Below, piece by piece: positions 12,426 through 26,924 of a DNA stretch of 64,000 nt (the first letter of the stretch is position 1; each line of letters starts with the position of its first letter). Location: positions 30,194,001-30,258,000 of the forward strand of contig OX597840.1 in assembly GCA_951406725.2 (NCBI GenBank), given 5' to 3'. Below the pieces are notes generated by a model. It ran no database searches. It worked only from the letters and a program-made list of their open reading frames with translations, and was not told the DNA's origin. A program made the translations under genes and the position numbers. The DNA is from Octopus vulgaris. Lineage: Eukaryota.

Positions 12426-13141
12426 TAAAAAAAAAAAGAAGAAACCGTTTCCATACTTACCAGATTAGTTATAAGGAAATCATTATTATTTCTAAATTCA
12501 CTGAATTCCTAACAAAGATTTGAACCAGCTACTGCAAGATAACAATCCATCAGTACCCCTGGCAAACCTCTTTACATTTCTAAACAGCGATATCCTATTT
12601 AGCTCACTAAAATTATTACCAAATCACCAAAGCTTAATGAGTCTTTTGGTGGTGAAACTCGGTGCATCCACACAATGCAAACAACCACCATTATCAATAC
12701 ATTAGCAACAGAACAACTCTATTACCAACAACAACAACACCACCAACAATGACAACATCAAGATAGCTCGTTTATATTTGATTTAGATATTCTCAAATTT
12801 ACTGTTTAACAATAATTTTCCAAAATTTGAAAAAAATTTACCTTATCACAGTCGCTTAAACATACGATTTATTTTCGAAATAATGACTAAGCAAACAAAT
12901 TAGTCACTCTATTATAGTTTTTATTATCATTATTCTTGTATATTTTTTTGTATTTTTCAGTCTTTTGTTTTATCTGAGGCAATCTATATAAAGTATAAAT
13001 ATCAGTTTCTATTATATCAGTCATGAAGTTAATAACACTTTATCATTTTTGTTTTAAATTGCATAATGTATCTCTTTAAGTAACGAGATTTGCTAATTTC
13101 TTTATTTTCATTGATGTTGCATTTTATCTATGAAAATACTG

Positions 13142-13142
<1 letters not shown>

Positions 13143-13220
<78 letters not shown>

Positions 13221-13382
13221 GCATATATATATATATATATACACATATGCATAATATATATATATATATATATATACACATATGCATAAATATATATATA
13301 TACATACATATACACATATGCATAAATATATATATATGTATATATATATGTGTGTGTGTAAAATATATATACATGTCTGTGA

Positions 13383-13423
<41 letters not shown>
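13143..13423. repeat. (TA)n-rich microsatellite
   Basis: Directly visible. Confidence 0.95.
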
Positions 13424-13424
<1 letters not shown>

Positions 13425-13547
13425 TAGCAGTATAACCTGGCCTTGCCGGGGATTAAGTTACGATTATTAAGCTAATCAAGTTCTATATTTCACAATAAAG
13501 TAATATCGACGTCAAATTTGGGCGAAATACGTTGAAATTGATTATGT

Positions 13548-13584
<37 letters not shown>

Positions 13585-14550
13585 ATATAATATAATATAA
13601 TATAAATATATATGGGCAACAGACACGAACACACATACACCCACGTACGTACGTACGTACACCTTTTGCATGTTTTGTGCACGCATACATGTTCATAAAC
13701 AGAAATGAATGGAAAAAATGTTGTTAAATTTGTAGATTAACACTCGCACGATTTTCCCTAAGAAAAAAATTTTTTTTTTTTTTGTGCAGAAGCAACTACT
13801 CTGGCCTCCTAATATGCTACAAAACCCATTTTGTGGTCCGTGAAATGGAGTGGGGTGTGGTGGAAGCCTCGCAAATTGTACCTATTTATATTTATACTGA
13901 CAAATTGTTACCTATCTCTTCGTTTCTTTGTTGTTAAATAAATGGATTGTCAACAAAACACTTTTTTACTCGGCATAAAATAAAAACAAAACTCTTTCGC
14001 ACCCAAAAATGTAATGTGTGTGAGAGAGAGAGGGGGAGGAGAAAAATGAACGATTTAAAATAAATGTATGATTGAAAATAAATATATTGTAATTGTTGTG
14101 TGAGAAAGTATATATACTATGATTATAAAATATAGTATCTTTCAAAAACATCCTAAATTTAAACACTATATCTCGTGTTTAAGAAAAAAACAAAACACTT
14201 TACATTTTATTTTTTATGAATGTGGTCACTTACTCTCTCTCTCACCCTCTCCCTCTCTCTCACACTTTGTCTTTCCCTTTTTTTTGTTTAGACACTGTGA
14301 AACTCTGCTTCTCTTCCACTTTTCTTTTTCTTATTTTTTTTGTTAGACACCGTCAAAAAGCTATGGATGAAAATAGATTTTTACCGCTATCTGTGGGTAC
14401 CTCGGGAAAAAAATAAGTTGACAAAACCTAGTTAGGATGTTGACGAATGTCCTCCTAAAATTTGAGCGACATACGTGCTAATTTGTGGATGTCCATAAAC
14501 TACAATCACGTACACACACACACACATCTTGCCTTATATATATACGCAGA
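13424..14550 (-). mobile_element. Non-autonomous Helitron (~1.1 kb)
   Basis: Minus strand ends with GC-rich hairpin CCCGGCAAGGCCAGG, then TTATACTGCTAG and T; 5' end approximate at TC..TATATATAAGGCAAGATGTGTG. Confidence 0.7.
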
Positions 14551-15277
14551 TATGTACGTGTGTATGTGTGTGTATGATAATTATACATGTGTGTGTGTGT
14601 GTGCGTCTGTGAAGGCATGGTTATGAAGTTCATTTTGCAAGCATGGAAATTCAGGTTCTGTCACACTGTACAACACCCTGGCCAAGTGTCTTCTACTATA
14701 GCCCTGGGCCAACCTATGCCTTGCTGGTGAAATTGAAGATTGAATCAGTGTAGAAGTCCAATGAATAAGTATGTGTGTATGTGTGTTCTTCCACCACTTA
14801 ACGACCGTTGTTGGTTTGTTTATGTCCATATATCTTAGCATTTCAATAAATGGGATCAACAGAAAAATCATTGGAATGATAAAAAAGGACTGGGGTTAAT
14901 TTGTTTGGCCAAACCCTTCAAGGGGGTGCCCCAGCATGGTCAATGTCCAATGACTGCAAAAAGTGAAAAGCATATATGTGTGTGTGCACGCGCACGCGTG
15001 TGTGTGTGTGTGTGTGCAATGGATGTATATACTACTTAATAGCATTTTCTTTAGATGCAGGCATGGCTGTGTGGTAAGAAGTTTGCTTACAGACCCCATA
15101 GTTTCATGTTCAGTTCCATAGCATGGCACGTTGGGCCTGTGTCTTCTTCTATAGACCCTGGCTGACCAAAGCCTTAACAGTGGATTTTGTTTGTTGGAAA
15201 CTGAAAGAAGCTTTTGCATGTGAGTGATGTTGATGATGATTATGATGATAGCACAAAGTGACTACCATTCAGTAAAC

Positions 15278-15690
15278 CTATTTCTTTATTACCCACAAGG
15301 AGCTAAACACAGAGAGGACAAACAAGGACAAACGGATTAAGTCGATTACATCGACCCCAGTACATAACTGGTACTTAATTTATCGACCCCCAAAGGATGA
15401 AAGGCAAAGTCGACCTCGGCGGAATTTGAACTCAGAACGTAGCGGCAGATGAAATCCCTATTTCTTTACTACCCACAAAGAGCTAAACACAGAGAGGACA
15501 AACAAGGACAGACAAACGGATAAAGTCAATTACATCGATCCCAGTGCGTAACTGGTACTTTATTTATCGAACCCGAAAGGATGAAAGGCAAAGTCAACCA
15601 CGGCGGAATTTGAACTCAGAACGTAGCTGCAGACGAAAGACCGTGAGGCATTTCACCTGGCGTGCTAACAATTCTGCCAGCTCGCCGCCT
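15278..15690 (-). mobile_element. SINE group B with head-to-tail duplicated body
   Basis: One tRNA-like head, two bodies; CTACCATTCA on both flanks. Confidence 0.9.
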
Positions 15691-16030
15691 ACCATTCAAT
15701 ATAATTGCAGCTCTTTCCAAATTTCTGTCTGCTCATTTTCGTTTTTAACGAAACACTAGCCATTGGTCATGCATGCAAGCCTCACCTTCCCACACTGTCA
15801 ATGTTGGTGGCCATGGTGCTGGAGGTCCTGGTGACGACGATGATAATAACGATGGTTATAACGATGGCACAAAGTGTCTGCTGGACAATATAATCACTCC
15901 CCTTCTCTTCTCAAATTCACGTCAGCTTGTTCCATTTCTAAAGAAACCCAAGTCATCACTCATACACGCCAATTCCTCTTCTATTCTCAGACTTTTGTCA
16001 GCGCATTTGTGAAGCCCAGCATCCTGAGAT

Positions 16031-16475
16031 CTCTTTACTCTCTTTTACTCTTTTACTTGTTTCAGTCATTTGACTGCGGCCATGCTGGAGCACCGCCTTT
16101 AATCGAGCAACTCGACCCCGGGACTTATTCTTTTGTAAGCCCAGTACTTATTCTATCAGTCTCTTTTTGCCGAACCGCTAAGGGACGGGGACGTAAACAC
16201 ACCAGCATCGGTTGTCAAGCAATGCTAGAGGGACAATAACAGACACACAAACATATACACACACACACATACATATATATACATATATACGACAGGCTTC
16301 TTTCAGTTTCCGTCTACCAAATCCACTCACAAGGCATTGGTCAGCCCGAGGCTATAGTAGAAGACACTTGCCCAAGGTGCCACACAGTGGGACTGAACCC
16401 GGAACCATGTGGTTGGTAAACAAACTACTTACCACACAGCCACTCCTGCGCCTATATGTATATACATATATATAC

Positions 16476-16506
<31 letters not shown>

Positions 16507-16677
16507 CATGACAGGCTTCTTTCAGTTTCCGTCTACCAAATCCACTCACAAGGCTTTGGTTGGCCCAAGGCTATAGTAGAAGACACTTGCCCAAGGTGCC
16601 ACACAGTGGGACTGAACCCGGAACCATGTGGTTGGTAAACAAACAACTTACCACACAGCCACTCCTGCGCCTATATG

Positions 16678-16725
<48 letters not shown>

Positions 16726-16890
16726 CATGACAGGCTTCTTTCAGTTTCCGTCTACCAAATCCACTCACAAGGCTTTGGTTGGCCCAAGGCTATAGTAGAA
16801 GACACTTGCCCAAGGTGCCACACAGTGGGACTGAACCCGGAACCATGTGGTTGGTAAACAAGCTACTTACCACACAGCCACTCCTGCACC
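16031..16890 (-). mobile_element. SINE group A with 5' half triplicated (~219-bp units)
   Basis: GACAGGCTTCTTTCAG starts at ~16291, 16510 and 16729; units separated by (TA)-rich tracts. Confidence 0.93.
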
Positions 16891-17089
16891 TTTGCTTTTT
16901 CTCATATTGTTTCTCATACACAGGTACCTTCCTCCATCACCAGCCCATTTTTTCTCCAACCCTCATCAGATATTCATGTGACATATCCAGATAAGTGGAG
17001 ATGGTTTTCCTGCATGGATTAGTTAATATCTTTAATACCTTGTGGCTCTCTCTTGGATTATGTGTTTTCAGATTTTTACGTAGATTAAC

Positions 17090-17281
17090 AACGCACACGC
17101 ACACACACATCATATACATGCACTACACACAAAAATTTATATGTGCATATATAGTTCTGTGTGCATATACATATGTGGGTGTATGTGTACACGTGTGCAT
17201 GCATACATGTATATGAATGTGTATATGCATGTGTGTGTGTGTACATAATATACACACACAAATACTTAAGTATATATATAC

Positions 17282-17319
<38 letters not shown>

Positions 17320-17322
17320 GTA

Positions 17323-17378
<56 letters not shown>

Positions 17379-17517
17379 GTACACACACACATATACATAT
17401 ATATATATACATGTATATATATATATTTAAATGTACACATATATATAAATATATATATACACACACATACACACACACATATAAGTATATATACATTTAT
17501 ATATATACATATACATT

Positions 17518-17548
<31 letters not shown>

Positions 17549-17645
17549 ACACATATATCTAGTACTTTGCTCCATTTATACTGTTTCTGTACAAAACCGA
17601 TATATGTATATATTCACACACACACACACACACACACATACACAC
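17090..17645. repeat. (TA)n/(CA)n compound microsatellite
   Basis: Directly visible. Confidence 0.95.
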
Positions 17646-18094
17646 TACAGGAACATAGTGCTGGAGACTGCACATGCAGTATCTTCATATTTTACCGGGA
17701 AAACCGAAGCCATATTTTCTCTTCCAAGTTTTAACTTTCATTCGAAATAGACCCAGAAATAGAATTAACGGGAATTTACTGCCAGCTATTTGGCACAAAC
17801 GAATGGCTAAAGAAAATCATTTGTGACATCTGTCAGGGCTGGTAACATCATCATCATCATCACCACCAATAGTAATAATGATAATAATAATAATAGTAAT
17901 AATAATAATAACAACAATAATAATGATATTCCCCTCCCCAAGCTTTCAGCTGTATTTCAACAACTCTTAACCTTCACTTGCCCTAGGGTGCTGGGTGTGC
18001 CCCGGCAAGCGATTGCATCAAACATGCAGATTAAAAGTAAATGACTATAATAATAATAATAATAATGATAATAATAATAATGATAATAATAATA

Positions 18095-18125
<31 letters not shown>

Positions 18126-18127
18126 TG

Positions 18128-18675
18128 CAGTACAAGGCAGTGGCTCTCGTGTCTTCTGGTCTTAACTGATTGGAAGTGTTATCATGTACATTGTTTTGTC
18201 TTGGTATAAAAGATGGGCTACAGCAAATATTCTGCTCAATACCACAGATTTGCTTGTCAGTTGTTTGACCATAACCAGTTGAGCATGTCCCTTAGTGGCT
18301 GATGATATGTGCATCTCTGATCACAAGCAGAAGTAGTGGGGGAGCATCATAGCCATGTGTTGAGAAGGATTCTTTGGGGTTTGAATAATTCACCTCTGGA
18401 AACATGGGTGGTTCTTTCAACATCCTTAAACAACCCTTATTCAGGGACCTTTTGAGCGGGATGGGCTACTCAACCTGAAGAAAATTCTAACTGGGCCCCA
18501 CCTGCAAGGTCATGTGCTGTTTATCTTGATATGAGATCACTATGTCGCGCACATATGGTTGTGATGTATGTGCCTGGTGTACCCTTATCAGACGGGTAGT
18601 CATGATGGGTATACTGGGCTTCATATATTTTACCCCAGTCTCACTTTGATGGCATGCACTGCTCTCTCACTCAAT
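18128..18675 (+). mobile_element. (AAT)n-associated retroelement 3' end, copy 2
   Basis: Preceded by (AAT)n; homologous to 9535-10058. Confidence 0.85.
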
Positions 18676-19434
18676 GATAATTAACATCACCATCATCATC
18701 ATCATCATCATCATCATTTTACATCTGTTGTCCATGCTGGCATGGGTTGAATGGTCTGACCAGGGCTGGCAAACTTAGGGGTTCCACAGACTCCAGTCTG
18801 ATTTGACATGGTTCCTACTGCTGCATGCCCTTCCTAATGCTGACCACTCCAAGAGTATGATAAGTGCTTTGTTGTCCCACCAACATTGGATGACATTAGT
18901 CTCTGCCATGACTATTATTTCCCGTGGCTTGATGGGATTTTCTACTCAAGCACAGCGTATTGCCAAAGGTCTCAGTCTTTTGTCATTGCCTCCATGAGAC
19001 TCAACCCTCGAAGGGTGCTAGTTATACGACACTGGCATCAGCCACATTGCCTCCATGAGGCCCAATGCTTGAAAGATACTTTTTCACGCCACCAGCATGA
19101 GTACCAGTTACGTGACGCCAGCATCAGCCACAACTACAATTTCACTTGTCTTGATGGTTCTTTAGGCACAAAACCCCCCACTATATCTCATCTTATACAT
19201 GCCATTTGTTTTGTGATTATTTATATATATATAGATACTCATGCAATCCCTGAAGAGTATGTAGAGTCAGTTAACCATTCTGTATCAGCTGAAAAAGGGA
19301 TCTATAATACTGCATTGTTTTTATACTCACTCTATTGACAAATATATGAGTGCATATTGTTTTTGATTTATGGATTCTTTCTATCTACTCTACCTACCTA
19401 CCTGCCTGCTTATCTATATCTCGCTATCTATCAA

Positions 19435-19484
<50 letters not shown>

Positions 19485-19485
19485 C

Positions 19486-19534
<49 letters not shown>

Positions 19535-19540
19535 ACTATC

Positions 19541-19636
<96 letters not shown>

Positions 19637-19890
19637 ATGTATAGGAATGATAATGCAAACAGGAAAAATAGAACTTAAAATATGAGAATATGTACATTTT
19701 TATTGATAATTCACAGAACTAAAGAAATGACTCAAAGTCAAAGAGTTTTGTGCATTGGTACTTAAACTAGTTACTGGTCAAAGAACTGTGATAAACATAT
19801 TTCCCTCTGGATTGTTCAATCATTATATATATATAGATATATATATATATATATATAGAAGGTTTGGAGATGATGTACAGGTACTATATA

Positions 19891-20104
19891 TTAGAAGAAA
19901 TGAGGTACTCAGAAATCTCAATGGTTTTATATTTACAGATATTCATTAGTATGTTACATGTTTTTATAAATTATATATCATATATTACTGCTTTCATCCA
20001 CTCGAGTGGAGTTTTCAAATTGATTTATAAAAACATGTAACATACTAATAAATATCTGTAAATAAAGAAACCATCCAGATTTCTGAGTACCTTATTTCTT
20101 CTAA
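19891..20104. repeat. Inverted repeat (~80-bp arms) with degenerate hammerhead-like loop
   Basis: TTAGAAGAAATGAGGTACTCAGAAATCT... / ...AGATTTCTGAGTACCTTATTTCTTCTAA; flanked by (TA)n. Confidence 0.8.
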
Positions 20105-20395
20105 GATATATATATATATATAGAATAAAACAATATTGAACACATACGTACTTGTACACGTTGAACAAAATGAATAATAATAATAACAATAATAATAATA
20201 ATAATAACTACACTCACGGAGTGGTTGGCGTTAGGAAGGGCATCCAGCCGTAGAAACACTGCCAGATCAGACTGGAGCCTGGTGCAGCCTCTGGCTTCCC
20301 AGACCCTGGTTGAACCGTCCAACCCATGCTAGCATGGAAAACGGACGTTAAACGATGATGATGATGATGATATATATAAATATATATATATATGC

Positions 20396-20871
<476 letters not shown>

Positions 20872-21078
20872 GTGTGTGTGTGTGTACAATTTGTACAGTT
20901 TATGTATTTATATCTTCTATCTAGCTATATAAATTTTAAGTATTTATGTGTGTATGTGTGTGTGAACACCAGTGCATGTGTTTATATGTTTGTAATGTAT
21001 GTATGTATGGATAAAACAAGTTCCTTTCAGTTTCTGACTACCAAATCTACCGAAAAGCCTTTCCTCCCTAGTGGCTTT

Positions 21079-21109
<31 letters not shown>

Positions 21110-21872
21110 GACATATTCGTCATTGATGCCACACAGTGGGACTGAACCCGAAACTCACGAGAACGGAAAAGCAAAACTTTCTTAACGCATTAACGCACAC
21201 GACCATACCTGCACCTATTCCCCATAACTGTATTTCTGATTCAGATTTATCAGTTATGCACACGCACACAGCCTTTTGTTAAATGCTTCTGCTTTGCTTC
21301 TACAATAAGAGAAGAGTGTGGCCGAAAGAGGGGGAGGCGGTACTAAATCAATACAAACGCCAGGATGATGCTGATGGTGGTAGCAATGCAAAGTGCGAAA
21401 ACCATGACAACTCCCTGGCTATTTGCCATGGTTAATTCAACATTTTAAAGATTAGAGAATAAGACACATAACTACACCAAACCAAATTCTCACTGCCCAG
21501 AATCTTGCTTAAAGATAAATTCCTCGTAATTTCACAATCAGGGTTCGTTTGGTTTTATTTTGTTTTATTTTATTTTTGTCGTGTAATTTTTTTTTTTTCT
21601 CTCTTCTTAGCTCGTATATATATATTTATGTTGTTCGCAAAGTAGGTTCCGCAGTGTTTCTTGCAGTTTTATGCAGTTTATAACATTTGTTATTGAGTGA
21701 GTAGCCAACGTTAGCTAAACAATGAGATATGTTCCCGTTTTTGTTAGTATCGGCTTCTCACACCCTGCTGTAATAAACCAACTTTAACTGCAAAGTCACA
21801 CCGTATCTGCAGTTTAACTTCTATTGCTTGAGAGCCACCAATGCAGCATGACAAAAATACTTTTCAAATATA

Positions 21873-22253
21873 TCTCTCTCTATATAAACGGCAGTTTGTC
21901 TGTGCGTGTTTCTGTGTGTCTGTTTGCTTGTACCCTCACCCTGACCACGGCTTTCAACCGATTCTGATGAAACTTGACACACACATAGCCCAATGTCATA
22001 ATTCAAAACTAACGCAGCGAAAATTTTGAAAAGTTCCCCCAGTTCTGAAAAAATCGATAAATTCGACATGGGGTCGAGAATCAGAAACACAAACCACAAA
22101 CTGTCTAGGGGACGCAACTCCACCTTTTTTAACTAAAAAAAAATTTACCATCATTTTTTTCCATTTTTTTGCTATGTTTTGGCTATAACTCTCTAAAAAT
22201 GCTTAATAGTTATTTCCCTTATAAACCTGAGCAACGCCGGGTGATACTGCTAG
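21873..22253 (+). mobile_element. Non-autonomous Helitron
   Basis: Starts TC after A; ends CCTGAGCAACGCCGGG-TGATACTG-CTAG before T; no TSD. Confidence 0.85.
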
Positions 22254-23265
22254 TATGCATATATAAGTGTATATATACATGTATAGTTGTAGACATGGGT
22301 CTGTGGTATAAGGTTCGCTTCCAAACCACATCGTTCTGAGTTCAGTACCACAGCATGGTCAAGTGTCTTCAGCTATATCCTTGGACTGACCAAAACCTTG
22401 TGAGTGGATTTGCTAGAGGGAAACTGGCAGAAGCCCATTGTATATATCTGGGTATGTGTGTTTGTCTGTCTGTCCCCCACCACAGCCTGGCAATTAGTTT
22501 CAGTGTGTTTATGTCCCCATAACTTAGCAGTTCAGCAAAAGAGACTGATAGAATATATATATAAGGCACAAACATGGCTGTGGTAAGAAGCTTTCTTGCT
22601 GACCACATGGTTCTGGGTTCAGTCCCTCTGCATGGCACCTTGGTCAAATGTCTTCTAATATAGGTCCAGGCCAAGCAGAGACTTGTGAGTGGTTTAGTAG
22701 ATGGAAACTAAAAGAAGCCTGTTGTACACACACACACACATATAGGCACAGATGTTGCTATGCAGTAAGAAGCTTGTTTCCCAACTACATGGTTCTGGGT
22801 TCAGTCCTACTGCGTGGCATCTTGGGCAAGTGTCTTCTACTACAGCCTCCAGCTGACCAAAGTCTTATGAGTGGATTTGATAGAGGGAAACTGAAAGAAG
22901 CCTGTCGTATATATCTATGTGTGTGTGTCTTTGTGTCTGTGTTGCCCCACCAGTGACAACCAGTGTTGGTGTGTTTACATCCCGGTAACTTAGCAATTTG
23001 ACGAAAGATGCCGATGGAATAAGTACCAAGCTTAACAAAATGTACAGATCAACCCTTTCTAATATTTTTAAAAGTCTGGAAAATTACAGGGACATAAACA
23101 AACCAACACCCATACTCAAGTAGGGAGAAGAGGAGAACAAACAAAATGGCATTCTGTAACTTAACCAGTTCTGCAAAAGAAGACGAGAATTGAAAAGTAA
23201 GGACTGGGGTTGATCTGTTGGCTAAAATCCTGCAAGATGGTGCCCCAGCTTGGTCACTCTTCTTC

Positions 23266-23595
23266 ATCATCACCATCATCATCATCATCGTTTAACGTCC
23301 GCTTTCCATGCTAGCATGGGTTGACTGATTTGACTGAGGTCAGGCGAACCAGATGGCTGCACCAGGCTCCAATCTGATCTGGCAGAGTTTCTACAGCTGG
23401 ATGCCCTTCCTAATGCCAACCACTCCGAGAGTGTAGTGGGGGATTTTAATGTGCCACTGGCAATGGCCATGCTCAAAAGGTGTTTTTTACGTACCACCTG
23501 CACAGGAGCCAGTCCAGCGGTACTGGCAACGACCTCGCTCAAATGTTTTTTTTCACATGCCACCGGCACAAGTGCCAGTAAGGCGATGCTGGTTG
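23266..23595 (-). mobile_element. RTE-like LINE 3' UTR fragment
   Basis: Reverse complement of the 53860-54052 tail, with degenerate GGCACGTAAAAA repeats. Confidence 0.85.
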
Positions 23596-24035
23596 ACTGA
23601 AATGAGTAAAAGATAGAGAGATCTAATGGACATTAGATCATGTGAAGTTTATTACTGCAGTAAGGCTGCCATCCAATGATTGAAACCAGTAATAGAGAAA
23701 CAAATAAAAAAAATTCTAAAATTGAAACAACTGTAAAATCACATCAGAATAAAAAAAAAACTGAAGATTACCTGTTGTTGATCTTTTATTTGGCCATGCT
23801 GGAGCACTGCCTAGGAGAATTTTTAGTTGAGTAAATTGACCCTTCAGTACCTATTTTCTTTTTAAGTTTGGTATTTGTTTTATCAATCTTTTTTGCTAAA
23901 CTGCTAAGTTATGGGGATGCAAACACACCAACACCAGTTATCAAGTGATGTTGGGGCACAAACACACACACACACACACAGATACAGACACAAGGACACA
24001 CACACAAACACACATATATGTATGTGTGTGTGTGT

Positions 24036-24087
<52 letters not shown>

Positions 24088-24217
24088 TATATGCATGTAT
24101 ATGTTTTATATATATATATATAGGGATGGTATTATTAAACTACCATCACAATATATATATATATGTGTATGTATATATATATAAAATCAAAATAAGCAAC
24201 AAGGATATCCAAGGTAG

Positions 24218-24305
24218 CGTAGTACAATTGTTTCATGCTACTTCATTTTATTAAACACTGTAAGTATTACATCAGTTTTAAAATGTCAATCAATCTTCAG
24301 CCACA
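24218..24305 (-). ncRNA. Type I hammerhead-like motif with long stem II
   Basis: UGUGG CUGAAGA ...CAUUUUA...UAAAAUG... GAA AC-AAUU-GU A CUACG; in a (TA)n-flanked insert. Confidence 0.55.
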
Positions 24306-24384
24306 TATAGAATATTTTTAATTAAACGGACAATGCGCATTCTTATACTTATTTCATATATTTCATATATATATATACATATAC

Positions 24385-24524
24385 ACACATTTTTTTTCTC
24401 TCCTTGTTTTTTCTGTGTCCCTTTCTGTAGAAGAGGCTCGAAACATGTTCCTGAGCGTTATACTTATACATCTGTTTGTTCTGTACACCACCTGTCTTCG
24501 TCTTTTGTTTTTTTCATAAACTCT

Positions 24525-24527
<3 letters not shown>
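24385..24527 (+). mobile_element. (TA)n-embedded small repeat, internally deleted relative of 59400-59585
   Basis: Shared TTTTTCTCTCC...CTTTCTGT.GAAGAG...TTCCTGAGCG...CTTCGTCTTTTGTTT. Confidence 0.75.
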
Positions 24528-24570
<43 letters not shown>

Positions 24571-24589
24571 ATATATATATATACATATA

Positions 24590-24641
<52 letters not shown>

Positions 24642-25214
24642 AAATAGAAAGATGAATAATCTCGTGGCAGATTAATCAAAAGTTTAACCGATACCTTGGT
24701 AGCAAAAATCACAGCAGAAGACAGCACGGTTGGAGGTACAACCATATGGTGTTGCGACCGTGCGACACAATGAGCTTCTTTTAGTTTCTGTCTACCAAAC
24801 TCACTCGTAAGGCTTTGGTCAGTCCAAGGCTATCATGGAAGACACTTTTCCAAGGTTCCATGCAGTGAGACCAAGAACCATGCGGTTCGGAAGCAAAACT
24901 TCTTACCACTCAGTCACACCTGGAGTCTCTTATATTCTTATTTCTTATTTCATCTTTTATTGGAATAGAATATCAACAGAATAGCACAATATTGATTGGT
25001 AAACTCGTAAAGACTGAAGAATAAGATAAAAAAGACTTATGCAGATGTATTTTAGTGCTATAAATTATAGAGACATTACTGATAAATCTATTTTCTTTAG
25101 ATCAGAAAAACAGAACTAATTTAGTCATATTTAGCTATAATCTTTTGAAAAATATACCCCTCCACACATACACACACACACACGCATATTATGTATGTAT
25201 GTATGTATGTATAT

Positions 25215-25625
25215 CTCTCTCTCTCTTTTACTATTTTACTTGTTTCAGTCATTTGACTGCGGCCATGCTGGAGCACCGCCTTTAGTCGAGCAAATCGACC
25301 CCGGGACTTATTCTTTGTAAGCCCAGTACTTATTCTATCGGTGTCTTTTGCCGAACCGCTAAGGGACGGGGACGTAAACACACCAGCATCGGTTGTCAAG
25401 CAATGCTAGGGAGACAAACACAGACACACAAACATATACACACACACTTATATATATATACATATATACGACAGGCTTCTTTCAGTTTCTGTCTACCAAA
25501 TCCACTCACAAGGCATTGGTCGGCCTGGGGCTATAGCAGAAGACATTTGCCCAAGATGCCACGCAGTGGGACTGACCCTGGAACCATGTGGTTGGTTAGC
25601 AAGCTACTTACCACACAGCCACTCC
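25215..25625 (-). mobile_element. SINE group A
   Basis: Reverse complement of 30133-30545. Confidence 0.92.
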
Positions 25626-26500
25626 ATATGTATGGAATGGTTAACAATTTATCTCTTCAACAGCAAGACACCTGTTTCGGTTCCTCTGTTACTCTTTAAC
25701 CTCTCATCACCTGACACAAAGTCACCTTCTCCAAAGCTCCCCACCCACTCAAAGGATCTTTGTATAGCAACTTACTTGCTGACCCTAACAGTGATGGTGT
25801 CACATAAAAAGCATCCAGACCACACTTTAAGGTGTTTAGTATTTGGAAGGGCATCCAGCTGTAAAAAAACCTTGCCAAAACAGGCCCCTGCCAGTGCTGG
25901 TGCCTCATAAAATTAATTTTTTTGTTTGTTCCTTCTCGAGCCATGCCTGGCTCATAAGGGCCGGTTTCCCGGTTTCATTGGCATATAGGTTCCTCAAAGG
26001 AAACACGCAATGAGTCGAAACAGGAGCATCTGAAGAAGGGGAATGTTCCTTGTATTGTTTGTCGTGTACTCTGTTTTTTCGTTGTTAAAAAAAGTCTGTT
26101 TCCTTGTTTTGCTTTTATGTTTTCATTTCTCGTTGTCTTCTACATTTTTTTGTGGTGTTCTATACCCATATATGCATGTATATATACATATAGATGTAGG
26201 TATGTACATATATGTATGTATGTATGCATATGTTTTATTTATTAAATTGTTATTATATGATCGAATGCCACGCGTCGTCTTCTTCCAAGTAAGTTTTGTA
26301 TATATATATATATATATATGATGATATATAGATATATAGTATATTTGTCATCTAAATGTAGCTAACCACTAAGGGTGGATGCTAATGTAGCTTGTAGCCC
26401 CAGGAAAACATCTTCTCTAGCTGGCTGTTGACACACTTTCTCTGCCCTATCAGTATTTGCAAAGGGAAGCTATCCTTCCCATCATCGACCTGGCGTGATA

Positions 26501-26545
26501 TGCACAGACCTGCATTTCTGGGTATTTACCTGCCATCAGCGCACG
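26501..26545 (-). ncRNA. Degenerate hammerhead in the inverted copy
   Basis: CGUGCG CUGAUGG CAGGUAAAUACCCA GAAAU GCAG GUC UGUGCA; positional homologue of 26925-26969. Confidence 0.6.
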
Positions 26546-26924
26546 ACAATCACTGGTCTTCGATGTGAAGGGGTCCCAATGCAAATACATATATCAGTTT
26601 TCAAGTGATGAAAAGTCACTGATCTTGAAAAAGTGTAAACACTCAATAATAAATCTCTGAACGTGGTATAAACAGTAACTGTATGACATCGTGAAGTATA
26701 TTTGTCACCTGGGGCTACAAGCTACAGTAGCATCCACCCTTAGTGGTTAGCCACATTTAAGTGACAAATATACTTCACGATGTGTTGCAGCTACTGTTTA
26801 TACCACGTTCAGAGATTTATTATTACTTGATTACACTTTATCGATATCAGTGACTTTTCGTCACTGGAAAAAGGATATAAATTTGCAAAGGAAGGCCTAC
26901 TTTTCATCGACAACCGCTGATTGT

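Noticed and set aside
19246-19301. ATCC CTGAAGA...GAAAAA GGGAT hammerhead remnant
   Set aside because: Stem III and the cleavage triplet are absent; could be a deleted copy but is unsupported
25995-26300. Hammerhead in a TA-adjacent insert (GAAAC...CTGAAGA)
   Set aside because: Core halves lack compatible stems and a cleavage triplet
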